Of a DNA stretch of 64,000 nucleotides, positions 35,401 to 39,946 are shown piece by piece. How positions within the stretch are numbered: the first letter of the stretch is position 1; each line of letters starts with the position of its first letter. The translations under genes and the position numbers were made by a program. The stretch covers positions 480,001 to 544,000 of the forward strand of contig JBGAHS010000008.1 of the NCBI GenBank assembly GCA_044226015.1, in the 5' to 3' direction. A model generated the notes under the pieces. The model did no database searches. It saw nothing but the letters and a program-made list of their open reading frames with translations, and was not told the DNA's origin. Source of the stretch: Candidatus Obscuribacteraceae bacterium (GTDB taxonomy: Bacteria > Cyanobacteriota > Vampirovibrionia > Obscuribacterales > Obscuribacteraceae).

Positions 35401-38400
35401 GGAGAACTTGGCGGTCGCGGCTCCTGCATTAGTACTATTAACGAAAACATCAGCTGTGTTAGAGCCAGTGGTCATGTTGATGTTGGCTGAACTGGAGTAG
35501 ACGTGCGCAGCATTTGCGCCAATCGAACCAGATTTTGTGGTCAGGTTGACGGTGGCTCCACCGATGATAGTGGTCGCTCCAGATGGTGCCACTATACTGC
35601 CGGTGCCAGCACCCTGTGACGTGTCTAAGGTGACAGTTGCAGCGCTGGTAGTTGGGGTTGCGCCGTCTAGGCTGATATTACCGCTATCGTTTCTAACGCT
35701 GATAGAGCCTGAAGTGGTCGTGATACTCGCGATAGAGTTTACGCCTGTGCTGCCTACATGGAGAGCAGTAGCGCTGTTGTCGGTTATGGTGACAGTGCCG
35801 CTACCACTCGACAGAGCGCCGACATTGTCCAGCGTGCCTGTACCGCCTGCGAGTGTTATGGCTCCGTTGGATGTTGTGATGGTCGACCCGTGCAGGTCCA
35901 TGCCTTGTGATGTTGTGATTCCAGCAGAACTACTTGCCACCGACATTACAATATTGCCAGTGCCAAGATTAATGTCAGCAGTCTTGCTGTTTATGGAAAG
36001 ATTTCCGCCTGTAACAGATTGTTGAATATTTCCGTTACTGGTTGTGATAGAAACAGCACCATTCGCTGCGGAAATGCTTCCAGCAGCGCCAGCATTGATC
36101 TGTACAAATCTTGTAGCGGTGTCAGTTTTGAGTGTTACTCCACCGCTCGGCGCCGATAGTGCGTTGTTTAATAAGATATTGCCGGTAACAGCCTCGACAG
36201 AGACACCCTTCGCACCATTTGCAGTCAGACTGCCCGTAACGGCGTTTCCCGCAGCAATCACAGAGATTCCGTTGCCCGATGTAATCGCGGAAGAGGTAGT
36301 AGTGATAGCTCCACTGCTATTGCTGAGAATGACATCACCAGTACCTGATGAATTGTTGACGGCGCCTACAAGTGTGACGGCAGCTGTAGAGCTCGCCGTG
36401 CTAGAACCAATGACAATATCACCGGACGAAGTTAGTGTTCCTGTGCCAGTAGAACTCAGGGTGTTGCCGTTGCCACTTACTATGTTTATTGCACCTTTTG
36501 CGGCCCCAGTATTGTTCACCGCAGCCTGAATACTCACGCTTGTGCCATTGGTTATGTTGCCGATGTTGATGGCACCACCCCCGGCGGAAGTCAGTCCAGC
36601 GGTGATCGATATACCGCCAGTAGTGGCGGTGCCTATATTCATCGTGCCAGTCGGAGCAGTGAGCGCTTGCGTTACATTGAGCCCGTTGCCGCCATCGAGG
36701 GTAATGTTGTTCGCTTTGATGGTGCTACTCGTGGTGAGCGTGCCAAGAGTGCTAACCACCGATGCACTCGATGGGGTCGTCGTGCCGCCGATAGCACCAT
36801 AAGTGATGACACCGCTCGTTGAACTCACATTGACAGCCCCGCTGGCATTGATGGTTCCAGTGTTCACCGTGCCGGACCCTCCCGCCACAGTCACAGCTCC
36901 GGCACTGTTGCTGACCGCACCAACCGAGATGTTGGCAGGTGAATTCACCGAGATGGTTCCACCAGCTGCTGTTAGAGTACCTGTCGTGACCTGCCCACCA
37001 CCTGTAACAGTGATCCCAGCGTTTCCTGTGACGTTGCCCAGGCTTATATTGCCTGTCGTGGAGGCTCCTGTCGTTAATGAGCCTGAAGGAGTGATAGCTC
37101 CCCCGACCTGGTTGAGAGTGTATGAAGAGAAGTTGACCGCTGTGTTAAAGACCCCAACAGTCCCCGTGGTAGAAATGTTTCCAACATTAATAGCTGTTCC
37201 GGCAGTCGCTTCAGAAATCAAGGTCACATCGCCACTGCCTGTGCTGACAGTGGTACCTGCACCAGTGCTGAGGTCTATGAAGCCGCTTGACCCTGTGGCC
37301 ACCGCCAGGAAGTTTCCACCCTTCGTGGTGATAGTACCACCAGTGGTACCAAAGTTTATGTTCCCCCCAACGCCGGAAGAAATGTCTATATTGGCATCTG
37401 CAGCGATGGCATCACCGAATGTCGCTGCCTGGGCCTTGCTGTTAGTCAAGTTGACGTAGCCGCCACCGACAGTAACTCCGGCGAAGAGATAGAGATCACC
37501 GCTGCCAGTGTCGATGCTCACGGCTCCTGTCTTCATGTTAATGTTGCCGGCAGCCACTATCGCGAGATCAGCGTTCGTCGTGGTGATCGACCCGTTTATG
37601 CTTATATCACCGCCATTAACCGAGCCGTCATTAACCAAATACGGGTCTTCGGAAAAAACCAAGTTGCCTATTTGCAAATTATCGGCTTTGGTGACTATGT
37701 GAGCCAATCCGGAAGTGGCATTCACAACACCCGAGACATTGCCAACATTCACGTCAAGCATGCCGCAGCCAGCATTCAGGTTCATCGTGTTAGACAACCA
37801 GTCTCCACCGACCATCTGCGTTAGCGCCTTACCAGCATAGTTCGCTTCACGAACGTTGATCGTGTTGAGCCCCTGCAAAATGCCGTTAGTATTGTCGATG
37901 ATCAAATTGGTTGCAGGATTAGCTGTCGCCATGTTCAGCGTATCTAACGCACTCATCAAGCCTGAGTTGTAGATGCTTCCAGAGCCACTAATGATGTTGA
38001 TGTTTTGGGCCGCCATAGTGGCAACAGCGCTGTTTGCAGCTGTTGCATTGGTTAGCACTCCTGTCACATTCAGGTTGAGGTTGCCCGGCACAGCGATGGT
38101 GCCATTGTTAGTCAAGCTTCCACCAACGTTGAGTTGCATGTTCTGCGAACCGTAGATGTTAGCGAGGTTGAGCCCCCACAGCCCATGGGTAGGAAGGTGG
38201 CCGGACAACAAGCCGCCCGCGCCTATGTTCAAGTTGCCGCCGATGTTTAACATGGCGGTAGCGTTCGGGACGTTCTGCAGCGTATAGAGGGAACCCAGGA
38301 TGTTGGCAGACTGAGCAACGTTGAGCGGATTGGATGTGTTGTATCCGATGGCGTTGACTTGCAGTCCAGCTGGTACCACTAGGTTGTTGAGATTGTTAGC

Positions 38401-38850
38401 CCAGCTAGAGCTGACGTTAGCGGTACCACCGAATGCGGCACCTTGTGCGTTGATGAGGATGTGCTGACCAGCCATGGCTCCGGCTGTGTGAACTGATTGC
38501 CAGAGAGCTGCGTTCTGAGCTGGGGTTAGCAGCATCCCCTGGATGACGTTGAGCGGAGTTCCACCGGTCACGGTCCCATTCGAACCTAGCTGACCCCCGA
38601 CATAGATCGTGCCCGACCTCGTCGCGGCGACGGTGCCTGTCGTAGCCGCAAAATCGAGGTTGTTAACCGCCGAGTTCTGGTTCGTTGTGCCACCACCAGC
38701 CTGGCTCGCACCAGGTCGGCCTTGACCCATAGCAGCCATCGGCAACATCAAGTTCGTCAGGAACATCATTCCTGACAGAGCCAACATCGTCGAGCTACTC
38801 GAAGATTTTTTCAGGGACTTCAGAGTTTTCCGAGCCATATTCACATCCAC
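14476..38850 (-). CDS. Giant secreted beta-strand-repeat adhesin/S-layer-like protein (8124 aa) with two C-terminal FecR-like beta domains
   Basis: Uninterrupted 24.4-kb ORF. Sec-type signal (MARKTLKSLKK...MLALSGMMFLTNLMLPMAAMG); the ATG at 38838 is a likely alternative start. About 7500 aa of G/S/T/N/A-rich beta-solenoid-like repeats, then a charged C-terminal ~450 aa with two LxxG(x)nVxT(x)nTxVxNL(x)nAGEE repeats resembling FecR beta domains. Confidence 0.93.
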   Translation of the reverse strand: MDVNMARKTLKSLKKSSSSSTMLALSGMMFLTNLMLPMAAMGQGRPGASQAGGGTTNQNSAVNNLDFAATTGTVAATRSGTIYVGGQLGSNGTVTGGTPLNVIQGMLLTPAQNAALWQSVHTAGAMAGQHILINAQGAAFGGTANVSSSWANNLNNLVVPAGLQVNAIGYNTSNPLNVAQSANILGSLYTLQNVPNATAMLNIGGNLNIGAGGLLSGHLPTHGLWGLNLANIYGSQNMQLNVGGSLTNNGTIAVPGNLNLNVTGVLTNATAANSAVATMAAQNINIISGSGSIYNSGLMSALDTLNMATANPATNLIIDNTNGILQGLNTINVREANYAGKALTQMVGGDWLSNTMNLNAGCGMLDVNVGNVSGVVNATSGLAHIVTKADNLQIGNLVFSEDPYLVNDGSVNGGDISINGSITTTNADLAIVAAGNINMKTGAVSIDTGSGDLYLFAGVTVGGGYVNLTNSKAQAATFGDAIAADANIDISSGVGGNINFGTTGGTITTKGGNFLAVATGSSGFIDLSTGAGTTVSTGSGDVTLISEATAGTAINVGNISTTGTVGVFNTAVNFSSYTLNQVGGAITPSGSLTTGASTTGNISLGNVTGNAGITVTGGGQVTTGTLTAAGGTISVNSPANISVGAVSNSAGAVTVAGGSGTVNTGTINASGAVNVSSTSGVITYGAIGGTTTPSSASVVSTLGTLTTSSTIKANNITLDGGNGLNVTQALTAPTGTMNIGTATTGGISITAGLTSAGGGAINIGNITNGTSVSIQAAVNNTGAAKGAINIVSGNGNTLSSTGTGTLTSSGDIVIGSSTASSTAAVTLVGAVNNSSGTGDVILSNSSGAITTTSSAITSGNGISVIAAGNAVTGSLTANGAKGVSVEAVTGNILLNNALSAPSGGVTLKTDTATRFVQINAGAAGSISAANGAVSITTSNGNIQQSVTGGNLSINSKTADINLGTGNIVMSVASSSAGITTSQGMDLHGSTITTSNGAITLAGGTGTLDNVGALSSGSGTVTITDNSATALHVGSTGVNSIASITTTSGSISVRNDSGNISLDGATPTTSAATVTLDTSQGAGTGSIVAPSGATTIIGGATVNLTTKSGSIGANAAHVYSSSANINMTTGSNTADVFVNSTNAGAATAKFSGTVRNVDFTGANGVTLGSAVTTSNGGSIKLTATSGSVSGGGFAVNSASTFTSSSGTTTTNFGGITATGDVSINAVGVSALGGVTSSGNITIHSGSGALTNPGTLNSTGGTGDIVVNTTDTGSISMGAVNSKGNITIGSSSSSSLALGGTVDNSTSASAKTISLLSGGDITGGAAVKGSGGAINIKALGTTGNITVGALTNASGAVTVQSSSTGAGATISTGGIDTSGGTSSNGGGAVDVSFVSVLTSGSISTGAINTSGGTGGASTGGAINLDTSKAGSGGNITVSGTVTSSGNGAGDAGFITLKSNTTTGALEVDGAITANSVTGAAGTITLTAGAALTVSSTTGANKVGIISATSKVSGGVVNINDTAAITFTNGITASSTININGGAGTISGAGGLNAPSVNLTTTSGAISSVSTSTSNLTVNTSSTASVSNTAATLTVGDSSASTLSITSSGAITINGAVSGSKGATIDANGVFTVNATKSLNGGSGPVSITATDIALNGGAGSVSTTGTVTLLPKSNASNISLNGATAQAFDLSNTDLTSITAGKLVIGSGTVTGNITYANSLTPGYNLDLITTGTISMAAGSSLAMGAHTLLAQGDAGVTLNTITSTSTVTGTAKAGDLITNGDISGSILTLSTQGNSNPITQLNGTNYAATTVNLSTTGTNSPIQNSIAGVISMTGSSVNFSTGGAGSDVFLANSSGNLSVNPAGAGTVNGSIQLNNNNGTTTIANNTTASGGSFSYTGTGTGGFTVNTAVTAKGDTGMTIQTADTSGGAITLTGTGSLASTNSAITLIGSSLTGTGLVNAGSGNVTIRPNSNTTIGVNGGAGSFLLQSLGNITGGLVTVGKAASSDITIGGAVTTTSNLSFLGAGTFTNNSTLTMNSAKNLTVNVGGAITTGTISSGGGTANTFTLSGSSIDFNGNVSTTVNSGSAINLTSSAGNIGGTGTLTTASFSAAATGGSVGTAAQPLKFGGSVATSNNVSGANGVFLDVAGVLSYNNAISSGSNNSISILATDISNLGAGTINAGAGQVTIGQHTNGLTITLGTGADMSISQAELNSITAGAVQIGTSNNTGGITVSYGSSYTAPYNLSFVQSSASGTGGFTMSGAGTALNMNGKVFSVDTQKGNVTLLDVSNPLSASVKGATVALNGNFGTTGTTGVVTVQSFTGAITQAAGKALTGDTSVTLTAATAVGSSGAAIGTTTPALNITASNGDAYVTDTKSVTVGTATATNGVFSLVGGNNANITVGSVTGSNGVILQTAGTGTVTVNGDIAVNANKQVTIQTVDLIMPGTINSANNAGVRVNIQQNANGKTIGFGRAGMPYDLVIDDTELANINAQTLVIGSNAFTGGGIFSDGPGAGHNLTVNYDIVLQSQGGYTSLAGSTLNMGSHNFSAGTTAGGFSVLNGAIAVNGQINSTGTVTLDNSAGAGNTISFGSGSGIGAATVVLNTNSGITQTVGANPIVATASLSMSSPTGNIADSTGTGPVLVTTPVLSIVKATSGNANVSDSTGLAVSGTLNGGGKLVLDAGGAVTLNSVNLNGGGKFTLTAAGNVDVNAGVNANAISITTSAAGNINSVAANVLTATTTLTLDAAGSIGNSGTTTRLQTSAGTLSAKAAGEVYVRNTGVLTLSGTNSAGTSYDLLNVGALTVSGNPIAGTGNLTIATTASDITASGTFTSSAGNVVLTAGGGKSIITNGNSIDLEAGGSVTVTGTLNSSGSTGGNVIINAGKSNTAGSISVGTINSQGTAGNGGSVTISLNALAGETGTVTLGAITSTASGGTAGAIAVNSASSGLLTISGNFTANGAGAADTPNTITIANNGNGAANGGILFNGAATSLSATSANATKGAASIKVDATAGAIDGVVSLGTLTSINANGTASAGANIDILASTFAGPTTSLTLNAAGTGTGGTISLTATSATGDVSIGAVGANRFTINDSNGKLVVNAGRDILNPGGSAPNVGDIDFTAGNNIGVSAASRFNLSSSSTLNLTSTNAFIQTAAINLTGAGFNVSNVFDLQASGAITVSANISGSQTINLTTTANGISGAGSVSAVNVNLNSATSIGTSVASPFKTKASNLTAVANAGDAFLQQDGSVNLGTSSATGAFDLVTISNGTVTITGAGAVAVGAGTGNLRIAPGGTGGIVLGSNPATATFRTTGASSDVILASPAGISTGTNTLKVSSSRDITISGGAVSAIDGGSVQLTAVRNISSTAISTNSSTGTAGNVTISSTGGSGVFALAAITANASGNGNGGVVALTNNTKTGTPFSISGLSVQAKGSGGGTGGTVSILNNGIAAQGNGGISLNGVSGVDVTGGTNGGSINIKALGNGDGAIDFSGFGGLNANAAGIGGNIDIEGSQFTNVGTGIGLSANGAAATPGTIRLNATAGDIKLGNVAGAFDLGATATSNWNITAGNTFTVSSNQVTSGTILVSSTGTATLNAQLGTSNATASAVSITASNIANSALGFVTTGAAGTATLTATSGDVGALGIPLRTQVGNLALSASNAFIGQVNSAIHLNTSTVSGQLYLTSTGGNISASGSTLTGNDIQLTTTNSNSISSVGTINSGTTVKLITSGTGSVTIGNGETVTGASITIDTPSLIMSGTGKIVDNANGGSILIRNNYSNVGIIGVPGTIVINAQNNNTVGFSGAGNSGTINVGIAGGGVNFAASSSINLNPDTAGAVGQVNFNGDVALLDAGAGTGAHVTVTNGKALQVTGSSMTLGDAAQIAVLGGSTTLTFTVPTINVGNGVATSSATIQSGGGAITFDPASSMNIQKGGATTNATLNLRGAASTFTLGGNDLTIASGVTVDSNNAVTATAANFSNSGTLQTSGNNSNINITAGTMTNNASGVIQTSGASADILLSGINLLTNSGKVSSQNAGVTLNVLGGGTVDNQGGLTAGANLTISGAGAMTVRNRAASSIAATGTLDILTTGAGLLKVQNDASSTALGGAVTTIRSTGGGNIDVSNNGAAITASAGDLTIAAQAGGDVTVDGGSSFVSSNNIGISTTNGVVTLGSVVLDAGGSSSVSTGSGAGNKVVNTKSTTVLNGKNLTVTTPILELSTGSSFDASAAGSLFTVTSPSGSDLTVKNLGTGTVGFNFTGGSGNVQFTPGSAGNNVNFQGAGAGSTIAISGGAANTNAVPTISVSGAGNVNFGTGAGAGQIQLSEDSNMVINGATGTLTINGGSSLSTSKSATMTINWNGGTINNVGGVTADGSFATSSTGNLTLSGTGSIVSNKGDITLAATNALNIGGSRTYDVGGTKSVNFVAGNVNFSDTSTQTILNGAAINITSGNIDFNGGTINGTGANGSVFTISNGAGAMSISVNGAETLNSKSAGGAFNINPAGNLNFAASNGSLNFNDANVNFNIASNKNFNQSQSTLAINSNSQLTIGVAGSGSTGTFTNAGTINTSNAAPINVNWAGDINNSGNITSAGAFALNEFSGTLTNSGKISSTGNFNVDASSGGGWTITNTATGTLQSSAAMTLTNNTASTATLSNNNVVSSTNDFIFNGVNAASNISVTGTGSISSSTGNLNFNTTGAKSVSISGNTLNANSGTITVKAGQDATVSSATFNSGGDINVTAGGNTSISGSILSSTSGNIVAQSTVDTTLTGSTFNAFGAGKGVTANATNTLNLGANSYKVGSAGLSLTGSTSIVATGNQSINNVVDAPLSVTTPLLVLSNGGFVASTSKSNTTINNGAGAIIIEVRSGTSTINTNGGSLNISGSSAADAIQIRGQAAAGTGTLNISASNPQLNATAGNITIGNGASGNTGFVNVNSSTSLTATTPATNVLTIGAGFSLNANGGSSDLTINTSSFQNSGTATAGGALTVQNSAGLIATSAGTLSSGTTTTFKGTTVSVTQNGTMTVGSDLSVTASAGQASFGNGGSSTVTGAAKISGTTSAVYSNSASFSSASFSETSGSGSLAFTNSLGTTTVTNAMTLTSNSAAGMTFTVLGTSVVQAGSLSASSTNSSGLMNLFVSAAGGGNGGVRTTSGDISFSSAGKAATGLNGGVIKSAGQLSVSGTTGLSLNGSTTWLSSGATNFSASSVSFAKSQSQSFGGQVVNLTSPSILLADAAFFGTGANPAGTINVFDGSTGDLTIAGPGVNPTNATFTATNINFGTTTAGKNIVLSGAGTFHVDGASNFTTTGAGAISNPLDLTSNGSITMTSSSITNSQSISTTAGGAITLHASNGSITNNGTLNAAGALTLDGGAAGDLVVNLGAGSSSTGNSVSISTANGNLDLNLTGAASIGSSTGTTIQSLAAGKSLSFNTGGLASYNVTGDLAVNAQGATTVNAGVGVTSTGDQVWTVNGGNTITVNGFISDAKSAGAANLQIRSTSGDLFLAGTGTIQTVTPANQAANAINVSSSGVLNLSGTLTYNTQSVGNGGNVNFSAGQTVVQSGSTQLLSTDGGTISFTQNTLTLFDNTAIGSTAASSNVIIQAQPANNLIIQGANPNTATITTGNTGSISILADAGKTINFHNNSGAAADWFSIHLGSDGSVVPGVTSPAVTIGAPGNSPSPTVEQHVRLFINGTATYPAGIIVDGKIVSNSPLIINITDATNQKVQVTGELSGTSVIISSSDTKAPLQILSSNNATIDQTRPPLLEATSGSFIINAANGVVFKAIDGSSKTALVLASDSGTVVLNSGTGSPANFPIPGPIATPSNPNTTVQISSGATIQVKTNGGGFGDFVFNTTNNGSFINNGQLQVQGNSTFNFTTILGAGTGTLTNSTTGALGSGSTPGMQSQGSVAVNFATGGSVTNTSPMAAGYNLGIPNLLPAGARNVTVQATSGDLSVNNTSSIQAANGTTNLLSFTANAGVSPDSITVSGAGIYDAGTGNVNFNTNNGMHVLSNGTIGSNGSASVYTFVSDSLTLDGGNSIQTGAGISVTAPNGVNLGSGSSISSTGNSLITMTSNALVMGGDNSISTAKISGQGIVIQAPNGDDLSISLSNPKTALSTQGADIIIANKNAGNDVNITGAPGTQLNTTTNNAGTLVIGVNSGNLKNNTGVTADNGMLLEGNIDTVAQGSTPTSGNRADLTFNSSGSFYGGDGKVITMRGNTITINDGAEIFTAGSAGGNNVAFIGNTLNLGVNGANPTLNVSGNAMSFQTNGASNLQVNLGTSGGGIAKIALGSAGAYNFNMAANETVSVNSSFGASTLFLSNGDANFNTSGAAGGVNIGSNQTVRNDGDINMHIDGGTLNNAGNVLTSKANGTIAITSTGDMTISGGGTIKNAGGNVINVNLSSGGILNKITFNGDQTIGDPAGKLPAGGDVSITSGTLAFNNATLSINSAVSSDLNIATDNINVNGNGAIKTSDNPRGITFSPTSQFIVTGNAGSKFSVLTGGKAVSINPTGKTGILFAVRSSELVVDGDLSVVSNSIELASGLGGGKLTLGTAVTSTNVLTLLPDTAVKNVFLGGAGLLGAYSMSSGDFSAIHAATVNIGSQTMTAGIQQDALNVSGVPGVGNAYTLNMATNSASGISNANNGVLSATNASFYARTGGIDVKVAMSSAGANPATLSFVAGKDAKVVNTGVSQLHLSSMPNLFGLSSKQITVGGKFELQSTASAVALDAGKSINFTDASSNTFILAAGGDITRGDNSSLIIFKSSTPSATISTLAGNIGTAADPITFATSAVTPGSSKATLTLSMPGNQPGEVHLQFANKVVTATNIVAASDMSLHVPNITNDFSISSGTQITLTNRNTLDGKAFATTGVTVQNTNIDSGVIDAPVIFLDGKALNPATKLTQHGIANGGAGDHYIYGDAGGLLIKLSGSVGNPGNQTFLNIGSATNALRSTKTIEFDFEGAGYGTAFNLNLNNKVSAEDSMSVTVEHGDLNMPWRGSNSVIDVNGGRIDLNAPFGSVTMDLETALGSVNAIAGGAAIAKPVAPGFFLVDSNGNSVLDTGWDTSHSDLNITVRNNADAKGSSVPVIFGGLGGYMKSTSGSVTIRALDPNQKAANEAAITNGGLIVGGSDLVVQDGTTISAAFNVTIVGTKQITLGNVIEYNVNASPTTQGGSNPVSVGSTPVGITVSAGQFADGFAYDLGKGPSVQQTQMWSTWKNNTNFTGYGKCPLCIPLNMSSTAAGMPFKSVGRVLIDNRNPYNPGAPIFGGVVGSSKDQASGGYQASGSVTGQGPRNIVFGYNVNLTSWGGSLDMNNFNDNGDPSTWSQGTINGGTIINSANSFVAGQKLTLGSYGGNVIVDVANRIVLSAGGGDVSSAKPNNIFSVSMIVPDAKQVVNTFAGVMSNGKAGFLTQTTTFHANGSSSSVTVDCPSCSTASTTTQLIQENPLVIALKTDYGKKAPLDNSALAPGGFEMFNHTGGAVGLYAGVPTGVYPSVNGTPGSTLITPAQQLQFASQQRNAVTLVNVFDNGASPLGFKPAANNFASATSGRTGGLTVVMTEQGPNQNPSGPPENIPGKTITNGNIFNAAGGIIVIDPPAGAGVDLAGATNVYTTSPPIVVASDVPVVIPPGGTVEGVNVIVQTSSNTVPSFNSVGSGIVATDATRTVNIQLQQNAQYLLDQSALKKNAAQATNAYYIAGGACQPFFLEDDDDTMMVGEKGTAFKADNRTVTLQQGKIVAMVGKQPIKVNTGFGDVSVAGNSAAVIQQTADGITRVANLSGNEATITVNRNGEIKTITAKAGEEICLADASLSDEELIPVDGVDREPIVGSITVPGIKIRASKFDQKMMMNKEKLLVCNAGSFYQTRNKIKNLKDKVDKEAKPLAPRPGSGSSPKPLQKSMLELPTIMPAGVGAVTEIGSTEGIGSDDASEAVLKPISFNGSTGVSGSIHTFTTHTAVVKHGKASISFDHPTVMQLTNGEVLVSTDKLTVVKTPHSMVMIQPNTIALVTVADKVTKVRNLWELGHGDIRQLVADGKYVDIAAGEESVLGWDQTGVNRALSKDTMGRRKVRGIPVPNGMYMQRAEVPLPTLMQAENSEFLQDLVNSSNPADKAIANKLVKMAAVLTQVTARHGQFVQVAAPAQKEK

Positions 38851-39131
38851 CTTCAGAGAAATAAACGCACATCCACATCGCGTTTCTTGTTAGAGATGTC
38901 GTTCTCATTCGCCGAACCCCTTCGGCTTAACGATCGCTAATCTCCATTAGCGTAATCCCCCCCAGCGGGCCGGTATAAACTCCGTCAGTTGACCGATAAG
39001 TTCATGACAAGCGGCTTTCAAGCATTTTTCCAGTCACAGTAATGCCCCGAAACCGATTGTTTTCGGAAACAAAATTTTCCAAGGGGAAACTAAAGCGGCA
39101 GAATCGTTTTGGCAAAAATCAGTACAATGAC

Positions 39132-39171
39132 GGATGCGGTTTTGTTAACAGTTCTTAACAAAACCACATCC
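39132..39171. promoter_or_regulatory. 17-bp inverted repeat in the intergenic region upstream of the giant gene
   Basis: GGATGCGGTTTTGTTAA-cagttc-TTAACAAAACCACATCC. 16/17 matches; the mismatch is a G.U pair on the minus strand. Confidence 0.55.
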
Positions 39172-39555
39172 TGACAATCCTTCCTTTGGAGGGACGTCAC
39201 ATAAAGAATTCGAGGATTAGGGGTTCAGAAACGAGTTTCGGATGATTTTCCCAAGGTGTATCTAAAATCCAAGCGAGAACTTTGGCGTATGTGTATCTCA
39301 AAAGTTCCCGAGAAAAAGAAATTCGAAAAATCCACGAATTCGGAGACTATCCCATGAAAAAGCTCATTGAGAGCGAACGCCAGCCGGAATGAGGAATAGA
39401 ATGCAAACAGTTCGAGCAAGCAATTTCTCGCGTGACAAACAGCCAATAGCTCGGAAGCCCTGTGGTCCAACGCTTCGCATGTAATACGGCGTAAGTTATG
39501 TTTGCTGTTTTACTAAAATGCTTCGAGTCTATTCCTTTAAGAAAACGCGCAAAAT

Positions 39556-39795
39556 CTAAGAAGCTTTACCCCTCTCCCAAAGCTCAATCGCACGCTTGAA
39601 ATAGACAGACCCCTCAGCAGGACGACCCTGCTCAGAGCAAAGTTCACCTAGCCTGATCAAGGCGAGAGCTTTATGACTGCTTTCGCCGCTAGTCGAAAAC
39701 AAAGTCCAGTAAAGCTGTTCTGCAAGCTCATGCTTGCCGCATTTCTGGTAAATGCTAGCCATACGCTGTATTTCCGCTGGTGACCTGTCATGCAT
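39556..39795 (-). CDS. Small tetratricopeptide-repeat protein (79 aa)
   Basis: Two TPR-like helical pairs: MASIYQKCGKHELAEQLY and LIRLGELCSEQGRPAEGSVYFKRAIEL. Confidence 0.7.
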   Translation of the reverse strand: MHDRSPAEIQRMASIYQKCGKHELAEQLYWTLFSTSGESSHKALALIRLGELCSEQGRPAEGSVYFKRAIELWERGKAS

Positions 39796-39946
39796 TTTTT
39801 TTTGCCATTTCTAAATCGATAACCCAAGTGACTCTGATGGCGAGCGACGATGCAATTGGTTCCCATTCGAGCCCAATTCTCTACAGATTTTGCGCCACTG
39901 CGCGAAAGCTCTGTTAGTAAGCTCTTCACCTTGCTAAAATGTCTGC

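Noticed and set aside
35..38155. More than 100 Pro/Val/Leu-rich plus-strand ORFs (and a few short off-frame minus ORFs)
   Set aside because: They are antisense shadows of the Gly/Asn/Thr-rich giant genes (GGN codons read as Pro on the other strand).
38880..39000. Known riboswitch (c-di-GMP or c-di-AMP) upstream of the giant gene
   Set aside because: Hairpins are present but I could not match the conserved aptamer motifs; needs an Rfam scan.
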